From positions 128,001-192,000 of the forward strand of contig JBDHAB010000004.1 in the NCBI GenBank assembly GCA_039588295.1: a stretch of 64,000 nucleotides of DNA, in the 5' to 3' direction. The translations under genes were made by a program, and so were the position numbers. Source of the DNA: Gemmatimonadota bacterium. GTDB taxonomy: Bacteria; Gemmatimonadota; Gemmatimonadetes; Gemmatimonadales; GWC2-71-9. Below, in pieces: positions 8,819 through 18,744 of the stretch; the first letter of the stretch is position 1; every line of letters begins with the position of its first letter. The notes under the pieces are model-generated. The model saw only the letters and a program-made list of their open reading frames with translations. It ran no database searches and was not told the DNA's origin.

Positions 8819-9543
8819 GCCCGGGCGGCTGCCTGCTCCGCCGCACGCTGCACGCGCTGCTGGCGCAACCAGCGCTCGTATTCGTGTGGGTGATGCTGCT
8901 TGAGCTCGCGGAGCGAGATCTTCCCGTGCAGCCACACGCGACTCATCGGAAACACGCCAGGCTTGAGGTGCACGTTGTACAGGTGCCAGAGAATGATGGC
9001 GAGAAACGCGAGCAGACCCTCCCAGCCGTGCACCAGGAGGGCGAGGTTGTAGACCCACAGGGGGAACACGCCCAGCGTGATCTCGATGAACCAGATCATG
9101 AGGCCGGTGACGATCATGACCACGGAGCCCCACACCACGGCCAGATACTCGAACTTCTCGAACGGATCGTACTTGTCGAAGGGTGGCGGCTCCTGGACCT
9201 TGCCAAGCTGATACCGGAAGTGATGGAACACGTCACGGACGTCCTGCACCCGTGGAAGCATGTACCCGAAGTCGCGCCGCCCCTGCTCGGTGAACAACAC
9301 GTAGCCGGTGTGAAAGATCGAGAGCAGAATCAGCACAGCGCCCGAGAACCGATGGAGGAAGGTGCGGATCGCGAATACCCCTTCCAGCTGAGCACCGACT
9401 TGGGGGACCAACAACGGCAGTCCAGTGACGATGAGCACGGTGAAGCTCACCACCAGGACCTGGTGCTGCACCCGCTGCGCCAGGGTGAACCGTTCGACCG
9501 TGAGGCGGTCGAGATCGGGTTCGTAGGGCTCCCACTCACGCAT
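8815..9543 (-). CDS. Di-heme cytochrome b subunit (FdnI/CbcL b-domain-like)
   Basis: RFTLAQRVQH, LHRFSG, EKFEYLAVVWG, HGWEGLLA and WHLYNVH motifs; 4 TM helices; collinear with the C-terminus of the 19-heme protein. Confidence 0.88.
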   Translation of the reverse strand: MREWEPYEPDLDRLTVERFTLAQRVQHQVLVVSFTVLIVTGLPLLVPQVGAQLEGVFAIRTFLHRFSGAVLILLSIFHTGYVLFTEQGRRDFGYMLPRVQDVRDVFHHFRYQLGKVQEPPPFDKYDPFEKFEYLAVVWGSVVMIVTGLMIWFIEITLGVFPLWVYNLALLVHGWEGLLAFLAIILWHLYNVHLKPGVFPMSRVWLHGKISLRELKQHHPHEYERWLRQQRVQRAAEQAAARA

Positions 9544-10879
9544 GTGCCTGTCCAGAATCTCGCCGGTCCACAACCCGGCGGCGGTACAGATCCAGGTAGA
9601 TCATCACGGCGGAGTAGATGACGATCCCGCCAATCATGATGAAGTAGAACCACTGCACGGCGAAGGCGAGCGTATTGATGTCGTCCCGAACGGACGCCAC
9701 GTGGATCTTCCCTCGGGTGACTCCCGCCCCGATCCCCGGGTGACAGGTGCCGCACGTCTCCCGGAGGTTTGCTGGGTTGACCATCGAGCGCGGGTCGGAA
9801 GACGGGAGCACCATGTGGGCTCCATGGCAGCTCTCGCAGTGGGCGACCGTGAGGATGCCCGTTTCGAGCGCGACCCCGTGATACGAGCCCAGGAACGTGG
9901 ACCCGCGCGCGGACGCGAGTCCGTACTTCTCGTTCAAATCCAGACGGTCATGGCATGCAGTGCACGTCTGCGCTACGTGGGTCGGGTACACGTGGGACTC
10001 GGGGCTCGTCACTGGCTGGATGGCGTGCTCGGCGTGGCAGTCGATGCACGTCGGCATGTCCATGTTACCGGCGTGGAACTCCTCGCCGTGAATGCCCCGG
10101 TCATACTGATCCATGATGCCGACATGACAACGGCCGCAGGTCTCGCACACATTGAGCCGGTTGGTGGGCGAGTCGGGGGTGGAGACGGGCTCGATCTCGT
10201 GGGCCCCGCTGCCCTCCCTCCCATGACAGTTGGTACACGTTGGGGCGACGGACAGTCCTTTGTCGATGAGCCCTCGCCCGTGCACGCTGTTGACGTAGGA
10301 CTCGATCGTCTGCACGTCGTCCTGCCCGAACCGTCCCATCCGCTCCGCGTCACTGTGGCAGTGCGCGCAGACCTCATACTCGGTCTGGTGGTAGACGGAG
10401 GAACCCGGATCGGACGGTTTGAGGATGTGGTGGTTCGTGTGGCAGTCCGCGCAGGTCGTCGGCGCTTCTCCCGTCAACGGATGCGGGCGCCCATGGATAC
10501 TGCTGCTGTGCTCAGCTCGCGCCTTGGCATGGCATCCGCCACAGTCGACCGGTGAGACCGTCCCGTGCGGATAATCCCCCACGTCGCTGTGGCACAGCGT
10601 GCAGCTGAACCCCATGCGGCCGTGAACGGATTCGGCGAACTGTGCTGCGTCGGTGTGCAGTCGCTCTGCCTGTGCTGAGTCTGACGCAATGCCGGCCAGG
10701 AACTCCTGGTTGCCGTGGCAGGCCATGCACACGTCTTGTGCACGGGCCGATGTGGCGAGGAGCGAGTGGAGTGCGAGCACGACCGTCAGGGGTGCAAGGA
10801 CACCGTGGTACCGGGGGGGTGACCCCAGGCGCCGTCCGCTCGTTCCCCAACCGAACCCGCGACCCCGACACCCGTGCAT
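9536..10879 (-). CDS. Membrane-anchored 11-heme cytochrome c (CbcL c-domain-like)
   Basis: Signal peptide ending ARA|Q; 11 CxxCH motifs; C-terminal TM; GGAGG upstream of ATG 10879; overlaps the start of the cytochrome b gene. Confidence 0.9.
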   Translation of the reverse strand: MHGCRGRGFGWGTSGRRLGSPPRYHGVLAPLTVVLALHSLLATSARAQDVCMACHGNQEFLAGIASDSAQAERLHTDAAQFAESVHGRMGFSCTLCHSDVGDYPHGTVSPVDCGGCHAKARAEHSSSIHGRPHPLTGEAPTTCADCHTNHHILKPSDPGSSVYHQTEYEVCAHCHSDAERMGRFGQDDVQTIESYVNSVHGRGLIDKGLSVAPTCTNCHGREGSGAHEIEPVSTPDSPTNRLNVCETCGRCHVGIMDQYDRGIHGEEFHAGNMDMPTCIDCHAEHAIQPVTSPESHVYPTHVAQTCTACHDRLDLNEKYGLASARGSTFLGSYHGVALETGILTVAHCESCHGAHMVLPSSDPRSMVNPANLRETCGTCHPGIGAGVTRGKIHVASVRDDINTLAFAVQWFYFIMIGGIVIYSAVMIYLDLYRRRVVDRRDSGQAHA

Positions 10880-11080
10880 GGCACCGCCACCTCCGAGAGG
10901 GTCCATCGCCGCACCCGGAAGATATCCACGCAGGGAGCCGGGACTTCGAATTCAGTGTGAGAATCCCTTTAGTCTGTTTAGTAGCAGGCACTTGGCTACT
11001 ACATTGTGGTTGGGATCGTGGACCGTACCTGTCGTTCCACCGTGACTGGGGGAGGTGTGGGCAATGAGGTGTGCCGAGGC

Positions 11081-13885
11081 GTGCGGGCAAACCCGCTAGT
11101 TCCTATCGCCTTTCTCGCGGTGGGGCTGCTCGCGAGCGCCGCTCCCGCCGTCGCGCAGGACGAAGAACCCTGCCTGATGTGTCATGGGAACGGGCAAATG
11201 TTCGCCGGTTCCGCGGACAGCGCACGGCTGCACGTCTCCGTGCGCCAGCTGGAGCGCTCCGTGCACGGTGCCGCCGGCTTGGCGTGCGGGATGTGTCACC
11301 AGGGAATGGATTTCCCGCACCCCGAGGAACGGCGCCAGGTAGACTGCGGGCTGTGTCACAGTCAGGAGGCGACGCAGCACCACGAGTCGCTCCACGGTCG
11401 GGCCGCCGAACGGGGAGATCCGCTGGCACCGAGCTGCGTTGATTGTCACGGAACCCACAACGTCAAGTCACATACAGACCCGACATCACCGACCCGGGTG
11501 GTGAACATCCCGTTCCTCTGCGGCGAGTGCCATCACGAGGGCACGCGGGTCTCTCGCACCCGTAACATCCCGCAAGATCGAATTCTCGAGAACTACTCCC
11601 TGTCGATTCACGGGGAGGGTCTGCTGCGACAGGGCCTCACGGTCACGGCGGTGTGCACGTCCTGCCATACGTCCCATCAGATCCTGCCGCACACGGACCC
11701 GCGGTCGAGCATTCATCCCAACAATGTTGCGGCCACCTGCACGCAGTGCCACGGGCTGATCGAGCAAGTACACCTGCAGGTGATCGAAGGCCGCCTCTGG
11801 GAAGAGGGACCCCACCAGATCCCGGCGTGCGTCGACTGCCACTCACCGCACAGGATCCGGCGGGTGTTCTACAGTGCCGGAGCGGCGAACGAGAATTGCC
11901 TCGGGTGCCATCGCGACGAGAGCCTGAGCGGTGTGGTCCGTGGCGATACCGTATCGCTGTACGTGGACGAGGCGGCATACGAGGCCTCGACCCACGGAGA
12001 GACGCCGTGCTCGCAGTGCCATTCGGAAGTGAACCCGGCGTTGTCGCGGGCATGTGCGGCGATTCGCTCGCCGGTGGACTGCAGCGTCTGCCATCCGGGC
12101 CCGGTGGAAGAGTACGGGTTGGGGATGCACGGCCGGCTCGCCGCCAACGGCGATCCTGATGCGCCGGTGTGTCTGGATTGCCATGACAAACATGCGACCG
12201 AGAGTCGCCTGACGCCAACGTCGCCCACGTTCCCGCGCAATGTGCCGGACCTCTGCGCCCAATGTCATCGCCACGGAGGGCAGGCCGCGATTCGGATCGT
12301 TTCGGACCTTCCCGAGCCCGTGGAGAGCTACGAGATGAGCATCCATGGGAAAGGGCTGATGCAGAGCGGGCTCGTGGTGACGGCGACGTGTTCCAGCTGC
12401 CACTCCCCGCATCGCGAACTCCCCGCCAGCGACGAAAACTCGACCGTCCATCGGGACAACCTCGCCGACACCTGCGGGCGGTGCCATCACGGAATCGAGG
12501 AGACCTTCCAGACCAGTATCCACTGGCCGGGGGTTGGGGATGGCGGAGACGCGGAACACGAACTGCCAACCTGCGAAGACTGCCACACCTCACACACGAT
12601 CAGGCGCGTGGACCGGTCGGACTTCCGTCTCACGATGATGAGCCAATGCGGCCGCTGCCACGAGAATGAGGCGGAGACATTCTTTGACACGTTCCACGGG
12701 AAGGTGTCTCGCCTGGGTGATGCGGCCGCGGCGAAGTGCTACGACTGTCACGGTACCCACAACATCCTCCCCGTGTCCAACGCCGCCTCGACCCTCAGTC
12801 GTCGTCACGTGGTCGAAACCTGCTCGCAGTGTCACCAAGGCGTGAACCTGAGATTCACCGGCTATCTGACGCACGCCACGCACCACGATCCCGACAAGTA
12901 CCCCTTCTTGTTTTGGACGTTTTGGGGGATGACGGCGTTGTTGGTTGGAACGCTGAGTTTTGCCACGCTCCACACGCTGGCGTGGCTCTGGCGTGGCATA
13001 GCGACGATGCCATTGTGGCACGGGTGGGCAGGGAGCAGTACGGGCGAGCACGCAGTCGGTGGCAAGATGTACCAACGGTTCACGCAGTTCCAGCGCACGC
13101 TGCACCTGGTGATGCTGCTGAGCTTCTTCACATTGGCGCTCACGGGGATGGTGCTCAAGTTCTCCCACATGGGATGGGCGCAGACATTCGCCGCGCTCGT
13201 CGGCGGCTTCGCCACCACCGGCGCCCTGCACCGGCTCGGAGCGGTCACGCTGATCGGGATTTTCCTGATCCATCTCTGGGATGTCCGGAAGCAGAAGCGG
13301 TGCTTGGGACTCTCGTGGTGGGAGTACATCACGGCCAAGGACTCCCTGATTTTCAACCGCAACGACGCGCGCGAGTTCTGGCAATCTGTCAAGTGGTTCC
13401 TCGGGAAGGGCCCGCGACCCAGGTACGGGCGCTACACCTACTGGGAGAAGTTCGACTACTTCGCCGTGTTCTGGGGCATGTTCATCATCGGGTCCACCGG
13501 GCTCGTGCTGTGGTTCCCCGAATGGTTCACGAAGGTCATTCCTGGGCAGTCGGTGAACATCGCGACGATTCTCCACAGTGACGAGGCGTTGCTCGCGGTG
13601 GCGTTCATCTTCACAGTCCACTTCTTCAACACGCACTTCCGTCCCGACAAGTTCCCCATGGATCCGGTCATCTTCACGGGACGGGTGACGGTCGAAGAGT
13701 TCAAGCGCGATAAGCCGGCAGAGTACGAGGACCTGGTAGAGCGCGGCAAGTTGGAAGAGCACATGGTCGATCCCTATCCGGAGCGGTGGGCGCGCGTGGC
13801 AACGATCTTCGGCATGACGGCGCTCGTGATCGGCGTCACGCTCATCGTGTTGATCGTGTACTCGATGCTGTTCGGCTACCGCTGA
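11081..13885 (+). CDS. Fused 19-heme cytochrome c / cytochrome b inner-membrane protein (CbcL-like quinol oxidoreductase)
   Basis: Signal peptide ending AVA|Q; 19 CxxCH motifs; then TM helices with RTLH, LHRLG, WEKFDYFAVFWG, HSDEALLA and HFFNTH. The start is uncertain (ORF open from 11006). Confidence 0.92.
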   Translation: MRANPLVPIAFLAVGLLASAAPAVAQDEEPCLMCHGNGQMFAGSADSARLHVSVRQLERSVHGAAGLACGMCHQGMDFPHPEERRQVDCGLCHSQEATQHHESLHGRAAERGDPLAPSCVDCHGTHNVKSHTDPTSPTRVVNIPFLCGECHHEGTRVSRTRNIPQDRILENYSLSIHGEGLLRQGLTVTAVCTSCHTSHQILPHTDPRSSIHPNNVAATCTQCHGLIEQVHLQVIEGRLWEEGPHQIPACVDCHSPHRIRRVFYSAGAANENCLGCHRDESLSGVVRGDTVSLYVDEAAYEASTHGETPCSQCHSEVNPALSRACAAIRSPVDCSVCHPGPVEEYGLGMHGRLAANGDPDAPVCLDCHDKHATESRLTPTSPTFPRNVPDLCAQCHRHGGQAAIRIVSDLPEPVESYEMSIHGKGLMQSGLVVTATCSSCHSPHRELPASDENSTVHRDNLADTCGRCHHGIEETFQTSIHWPGVGDGGDAEHELPTCEDCHTSHTIRRVDRSDFRLTMMSQCGRCHENEAETFFDTFHGKVSRLGDAAAAKCYDCHGTHNILPVSNAASTLSRRHVVETCSQCHQGVNLRFTGYLTHATHHDPDKYPFLFWTFWGMTALLVGTLSFATLHTLAWLWRGIATMPLWHGWAGSSTGEHAVGGKMYQRFTQFQRTLHLVMLLSFFTLALTGMVLKFSHMGWAQTFAALVGGFATTGALHRLGAVTLIGIFLIHLWDVRKQKRCLGLSWWEYITAKDSLIFNRNDAREFWQSVKWFLGKGPRPRYGRYTYWEKFDYFAVFWGMFIIGSTGLVLWFPEWFTKVIPGQSVNIATILHSDEALLAVAFIFTVHFFNTHFRPDKFPMDPVIFTGRVTVEEFKRDKPAEYEDLVERGKLEEHMVDPYPERWARVATIFGMTALVIGVTLIVLIVYSMLFGYR

Positions 13886-14042
13886 CCTCCCGAGTCCTGG
13901 CCCCGCAGCGGCTGTGACGGCGGGTTAGTAAGCGATTCTTTAAGAGAACCTTAAGAAAGCCGATAGAACGGCTGGGAATCTGGACGCATTCGACAGGGAA
14001 CCATACCTTAGGCTCGCTACCGTGCAACGGGGGGAGGGGCGT

Positions 14043-15446
14043 ATGGAACCGATGCTCTACCGCTCGATAGTCGCTGTCTGGGGGGTGGTCGCGCTGGCGC
14101 CGCCGCTTCACGCGCAGGGCTATCACGTTCGGCTGGACAACCGCTTCCAGTCCGTCGCGTACCAGACGCTCACGGGCGAGGAACTCAAGGCTGCGCCATT
14201 TGCGAGCACGCTGGACGCTTCCGCCTGGGGGTTCGGCATTCCCGGGCTCAAGCTCCACACCCGCGCACGGCTGACCACCGACTTCCACGACCCGGATGTG
14301 TGGCCCAGTGTCGAGCCCGTGCTGCAGCTGCTCGAGGGGTATGCCGAATACTCACGGCCCTTGTTCACGGTCCAGGCGGGCCGAACGCACGTGTTCTCGC
14401 GGCTGGGGTTCACGGGGCTGGACGGAGCGAAGCTGGATGTGCGTTTGCTCCAGGGACGTCTGCGTGCGTCCGCCTACGGCGGTTGGGGTCTCGCGCGCGC
14501 CGTCCCGTTCCCGCTGACGAGTGAAGAGGTCAATCCCCTCGGAGACTTCATCCCCCAGGATCGGCAAATCGTCGCGGGAGGCAGTCTCGGCTGGTCGCTG
14601 CCGTACGTCGAGGGCCGCATCCTGTACCAACGCGAGATCGATCGACGCGGTGACCAGGAGTGGGCGCTGTTCTCCGAGCGTGGGGCGATTGACGCCGTGA
14701 TCCGACCCATGGACCGGCTCACGCTCGCCGGCGGCGCCGAGTACGACATCGCCCGCGAGGAGCTGGGCAGAGCCGACGCGCGCGTGACCTACAACCAGCC
14801 AATGGGTCGCCTGCAGGTCTCGCTGGGCGGACGCCGCTATCGTCCGTTCTTCGAGCTCTACTCGATATGGGGCGTCTTCAGTCCCACGCCGTACACGGCA
14901 GGTTTCGCATCGGTGCGCGGGACCCCGATCTCCGGCCTCGAGGTGTGGACTCGTGGCGAGGTGTTCGACTACGACGACACCGGGGTCGCGTCGCCGATCG
15001 CGACGGTTGAAGACGATGGCTGGCGCTGGGCGGTTGGGGCCGTCGTGACGCGGGTGCCGCAGTGGGTGTTCAACGCCACGTATCACGTGGAGCCCGCGCC
15101 CGGTGCGTCGTCGCTGGGGTTTGACGCGAGCGCGATGTTCATGGCGCTGGACAACGTCACGATTCGAGCACGTGGCGGGTACCTCAAGCGACCCCTCGAG
15201 TATCGGATCAACGATGCGAAGGTGTGGACCTACGGCTTGCGTGCCGACGTCCGGCCGGTCCCCGGCATTTCGCTCAACGCCGAGGTGCTGCGCTACGATG
15301 AAACCCGGCAGGGTCTGAGCGCAACCGAAGTGGCGTTTGATCAGTTCCGGATTCACCTTAGTGCAACGCTCACGTTCGGGTCGGGAGCGGACAGGCCTGG
15401 TCTCCACCCCTCGATTCTCCGCATGCCGGAACGGAGGCCGCAATGA
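14043..15446 (+). CDS. Putative outer-membrane beta-barrel (porin of a porin-cytochrome conduit)
   Basis: GGAGGGG RBS; signal peptide LHA|Q; alternating aromatic/hydrophobic beta-strand pattern; no Cys; ATGA overlap with the 12-heme gene. Confidence 0.7.
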   Translation: MEPMLYRSIVAVWGVVALAPPLHAQGYHVRLDNRFQSVAYQTLTGEELKAAPFASTLDASAWGFGIPGLKLHTRARLTTDFHDPDVWPSVEPVLQLLEGYAEYSRPLFTVQAGRTHVFSRLGFTGLDGAKLDVRLLQGRLRASAYGGWGLARAVPFPLTSEEVNPLGDFIPQDRQIVAGGSLGWSLPYVEGRILYQREIDRRGDQEWALFSERGAIDAVIRPMDRLTLAGGAEYDIAREELGRADARVTYNQPMGRLQVSLGGRRYRPFFELYSIWGVFSPTPYTAGFASVRGTPISGLEVWTRGEVFDYDDTGVASPIATVEDDGWRWAVGAVVTRVPQWVFNATYHVEPAPGASSLGFDASAMFMALDNVTIRARGGYLKRPLEYRINDAKVWTYGLRADVRPVPGISLNAEVLRYDETRQGLSATEVAFDQFRIHLSATLTFGSGADRPGLHPSILRMPERRPQ

Positions 15447-16354
15447 AGACGACGATGACGGTCGCCGCCGCCACCGTGATGGTGACCGTTCTGGGAGCTG
15501 GCGCGGCCACGAACGCCTCCCGACTGGAGACGAACCGACAGTTCGATCATACGAAGCACTCGGGCTTCGACTGCACCGCGTGCCATACCGATGTTGCGCG
15601 AGGGCAGTTCTATCCGGAGCCGTCGTTCTGCGCGGCGTGCCACGACGGGCGTGTACAGCCAGAGATCGACTGGGCGCCTCCGACTCCAGGGTCGAGGGCC
15701 AACCTACGCTTCCAACATGCGCCGCATGTTAGGGCAGTCGAGTGCGGGACGTGCCACGCGCAAGGGGGCCAGCGCACCGCAGCGGAGGTGTGCCTGGGCT
15801 GTCACGGCATCGCGGAACACCAGGCGGCCGATTCGCCGTGCACGCTCTGCCACGTGCAGCCACCAGCGCCGGCGTCGCACGAGGGCGGCTTCCGCGAGCG
15901 ACACCGTGTGCAAGCGGCGGCCACACCGGAAACCTGCGCCACCTGCCACGTGCGGTCCGACTGTCTCGACTGCCACCGGCCCGGCGCGGCCTCGCCCACG
16001 GGCGGGTATCATCCGGCGGATTACCTCGCGAGTCATCCCGTCGCGGCGTACTCGCAAGAGACCACGTGCGCCGACTGTCACAACGTCGGAGCGTTCTGCG
16101 CGACCTGTCACCAGCGAGCGGGGCTCACGATCACGGGCGTGACGGGTTCGGGCTATCACGACGGTACGGGATTCTTCGTTGGGGGCCACGGACAGGCGGC
16201 ACGACAAAGCCTGGAAAGCTGCGTGGCGTGTCACACCGAACAGGATTGCCTGAAGTGTCATGTCAATCTGAATCCACACGGACCCGACTTCGACGCACAA
16301 GCGCAACGGGAGGCAGCGGCGGCCGTGTGCGCGGTATGTCACGGTGGCTTGTGA
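15443..16354 (+). CDS. Exported 12-heme cytochrome c
   Basis: Signal peptide; 12 CxxCH motifs in 303 aa, with closely paired CxxCH-x4/5-CxxCH units. Confidence 0.92.
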   Translation: MKTTMTVAAATVMVTVLGAGAATNASRLETNRQFDHTKHSGFDCTACHTDVARGQFYPEPSFCAACHDGRVQPEIDWAPPTPGSRANLRFQHAPHVRAVECGTCHAQGGQRTAAEVCLGCHGIAEHQAADSPCTLCHVQPPAPASHEGGFRERHRVQAAATPETCATCHVRSDCLDCHRPGAASPTGGYHPADYLASHPVAAYSQETTCADCHNVGAFCATCHQRAGLTITGVTGSGYHDGTGFFVGGHGQAARQSLESCVACHTEQDCLKCHVNLNPHGPDFDAQAQREAAAAVCAVCHGGL

Positions 16355-16365
16355 CGTACGTCACG
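16350..16365. promoter_or_regulatory. Crp/Fnr-family-like box
   Basis: TGTGA-CGTACG-TCACG, a 9/10 match to TGTGA-N6-TCACA, upstream of the tetraheme gene. Confidence 0.4.
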
Positions 16366-16478
16366 TGCCGCGGCAAAGACGGAACGATTGCAGTACACTT
16401 CGGGTAAGACAAACGGGCACAGGTGTGGCTAATGCATCGGTGCCCGCGGTTCGTCCATACGAGAGGGAGGGAAAACGA

Positions 16479-16877
16479 ATGCGCTTCGTGAGATTCGTAT
16501 CGGCTGCAGCTGTTGGCGGTCTGGGGCTCGTCCTCGCCACCGCGGCACACGCGCAGGCAGCCAAGCCCCCGGCGGTCAGTCATACGGTCGAGGGCCGCGC
16601 CCAGTGCTTGATGTGTCACAAGACAGGCGTCATGGAGGCGGTTCCCGACGCGCCGGCCAGTCACGTGGATCGTCCGAACGAAGCGTGCCTGTGGTGTCAC
16701 GCGGCTGATGCGGCAATCCAGACCAAGGAAGCCAAGGCCATTACACATTCCTTGGAAGGCAAAGCCCAGTGCATGATGTGCCACAGTGGGAAGCTGGAGG
16801 GGATGCCGGCAGCGCCGGAGGACCACTCAGACAGAGACGTCAAGTACTGCACCCTCTGCCACACACCTCCAGCGTAA
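16479..16877 (+). CDS. Small periplasmic tetraheme cytochrome c made of two diheme repeats
   Basis: GGGAGG RBS; signal peptide AHA|Q; CLMCH, CLWCH, CMMCH, CTLCH; internal repeat SHTVEGRAQC / THSLEGKAQC. Confidence 0.9.
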   Translation: MRFVRFVSAAAVGGLGLVLATAAHAQAAKPPAVSHTVEGRAQCLMCHKTGVMEAVPDAPASHVDRPNEACLWCHAADAAIQTKEAKAITHSLEGKAQCMMCHSGKLEGMPAAPEDHSDRDVKYCTLCHTPPA

Positions 16878-16900
16878 GCGCGCTCCACGCAACGGTTGGC

Positions 16901-16932
16901 GGCCCCCGAGGTGGTTCAGAGCCTCGGGGGCC
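16901..16932 (+). terminator. Stem-loop after the tetraheme gene
   Basis: Perfect 11-bp stem GGCCCCCGAGG/CCTCGGGGGCC with a weak T tail. Confidence 0.55.
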
Positions 16933-17015
16933 GTATTGTGTGGGGCACCCTCGAGGCGTTGCATCAATGGTGCGATAGCACCATCATCTTCCATGTCGTT
17001 TGCGAGGGAGAAGCG

Positions 17016-17489
17016 ATGCCTAGGCTCAAGGAGGGTGTCGAGGAATTCCTGGCGCAGCGGAGGATCGCGGTGGCAGGCGTTCGACGCGCAAAGAGCGATG
17101 CGGCGAACTTGGTCTATCGCAAGCTCAAGAGCGCCGGGTACGAGGTATATCCGGTCAACCCCAATGCGACGGAAGTGGAGGCCGATCGCTGCTACCCGGA
17201 TCTCGCCTCGATTCCCGAAGGGGTGGATGCCGTGGTGATCGCCACACGCCCGGAGGCGACTGAGCGCATCGTTCGTGAGTGCGCCGCCGTCGGCGTGCAC
17301 CGGGCGTGGATACACCGATCGTTCGGAAAGGGTAGTGTGTCACCGGTGGCGGTGGAGTTCTGCCGACAGAACGGCATCCAGGTCATCGCCGGCGGCTGCC
17401 CCATGATGTTCTGTGAACCGGTCGACGTCGCGCACAAATGCATGCGCTGGGTCCTCAACTTCACCGGCGGTCTGCCGAAGGAGACCTGA
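17016..17489 (+). CDS. CoA-binding protein (YccU-like)
   Basis: IAVAGV...GYEVYPVNP...CYPDL...VIAGGCPMM pattern; GGGAG RBS. Confidence 0.85.
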   Translation: MPRLKEGVEEFLAQRRIAVAGVRRAKSDAANLVYRKLKSAGYEVYPVNPNATEVEADRCYPDLASIPEGVDAVVIATRPEATERIVRECAAVGVHRAWIHRSFGKGSVSPVAVEFCRQNGIQVIAGGCPMMFCEPVDVAHKCMRWVLNFTGGLPKET

Positions 17490-17971
17490 TGGTCGTACTC
17501 GAAACCACATCCGGCGAAATCACCGTCGAGCTGTACCCGGAGCAGGCACCCGCCACGGTCGAGAACTTCCTCCAGTATGTCGACGACGGGTTCTTCGATG
17601 GGACGGTCTTCCACCGTGTGATCCCGGGGTTCATGGTCCAAGGCGGCGGCTTCAGCGAGACCATGTCGCAGAAACCGACGAGGCCGTCGGTCAAGAACGA
17701 AGCCGACAACGGCCTCAAGAACGAGCGGGGCACCCTGGCGATGGCGCGCACTTCGGATATCAACAGTGCCACCTCGCAGTTCTTCATCAACCTCGTCCAC
17801 AACACGTTTCTGGATCACGGGGCGCGGGACTTCGGGTACGCCGTGTTCGGCAAGGTCGTTGACGGCATGGAGGCGGTCGATGCCATCGCCAAGGTCCGGA
17901 CAGGAAACAAGGGCGGTCATCAGGACGTGCCCGTGGAGCCGGTGACCCTCAGGACCGCCCGGCGGAAATGA
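17489..17971 (+). CDS. Cyclophilin-type peptidyl-prolyl isomerase
   Basis: [31 protein letters not shown] and GYAVFGKV motifs. Confidence 0.95.
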   Translation: MVVLETTSGEITVELYPEQAPATVENFLQYVDDGFFDGTVFHRVIPGFMVQGGGFSETMSQKPTRPSVKNEADNGLKNERGTLAMARTSDINSATSQFFINLVHNTFLDHGARDFGYAVFGKVVDGMEAVDAIAKVRTGNKGGHQDVPVEPVTLRTARRK

Positions 17972-18645
17972 CGAAGGCCAAGCTCACGCCGCTCACCGGA
18001 TACGAAACGCTGTCGCAAGAGGAGATGCTGCGGCGGGCCAAAGCGTTCTATGAGGTTGCGCGGCGCCGTCGGACGGTCAGGCAGTTCTCTCCGCGTCCGG
18101 TGCCCCGCGACGTGATCGAGTACTGCCTTCGCGCCGCCGGCACGGCGCCCAGCGGCGCGAACCGCCAGCCCTGGCACTTCGTGGTGGTTGCCGACCCCAC
18201 GGTGAAACGTCAGATCCGGGAGGCGGCGGAACGCGAGGAGCGGGAGTTCTACACCCATCGTGCTCCCCCCGATTGGCTGGAGGCGCTAGCGCCCCTCGGC
18301 ACTGATGAGCACAAGCCGTTCCTCGAGACGGCGCCCTACCTGATCGCGGTGTTCGGCGAGCGTTACCAGGTGGGGGCTGACGGCCGGAAGCTGACCAACT
18401 ACTACGTAACCGAGTCAGTCGGGCTGGCGGCCGGCGTACTCATCACCGCGCTCCATCAGGCGGGCCTTGCGTCTCTCACGCATACTCCCAGCCCGATGGG
18501 GTTCCTCAACCAGATCCTGGGGCGGCCGGAGCGCGAGCGGCCGTTCCTGCTGCTCGTGGTGGGGTCTCCGGCTGAGGATGCGACGGTACCGGCCATCACC
18601 AGGAAGCCGCTCAATGCCATCACAACGTTCGTAGGGGAGACGTAG
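17968..18645 (+). CDS. Nitroreductase-superfamily flavoprotein, iodotyrosine deiodinase-like
   Basis: [50 protein letters not shown] and LTHTPSPM motifs. Confidence 0.85.
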   Translation: MTKAKLTPLTGYETLSQEEMLRRAKAFYEVARRRRTVRQFSPRPVPRDVIEYCLRAAGTAPSGANRQPWHFVVVADPTVKRQIREAAEREEREFYTHRAPPDWLEALAPLGTDEHKPFLETAPYLIAVFGERYQVGADGRKLTNYYVTESVGLAAGVLITALHQAGLASLTHTPSPMGFLNQILGRPERERPFLLLVVGSPAEDATVPAITRKPLNAITTFVGET

Positions 18646-18744
18646 ACACCCCGAGAGCGTACGCGGCGAGGCGGGCGAGCGCCGTGGCGGTGCCGCGAGC
18701 AGGAGTGCGACGAGGGGACGCCGTCGGGGAGCAGCGACTGGTGC

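Noticed and set aside
13939..13960. TTAAGA direct repeat at 11-bp spacing upstream of the porin gene (OmpR-like site)
   Set aside because: Only two short copies and no cognate regulator nearby, which is insufficient support.
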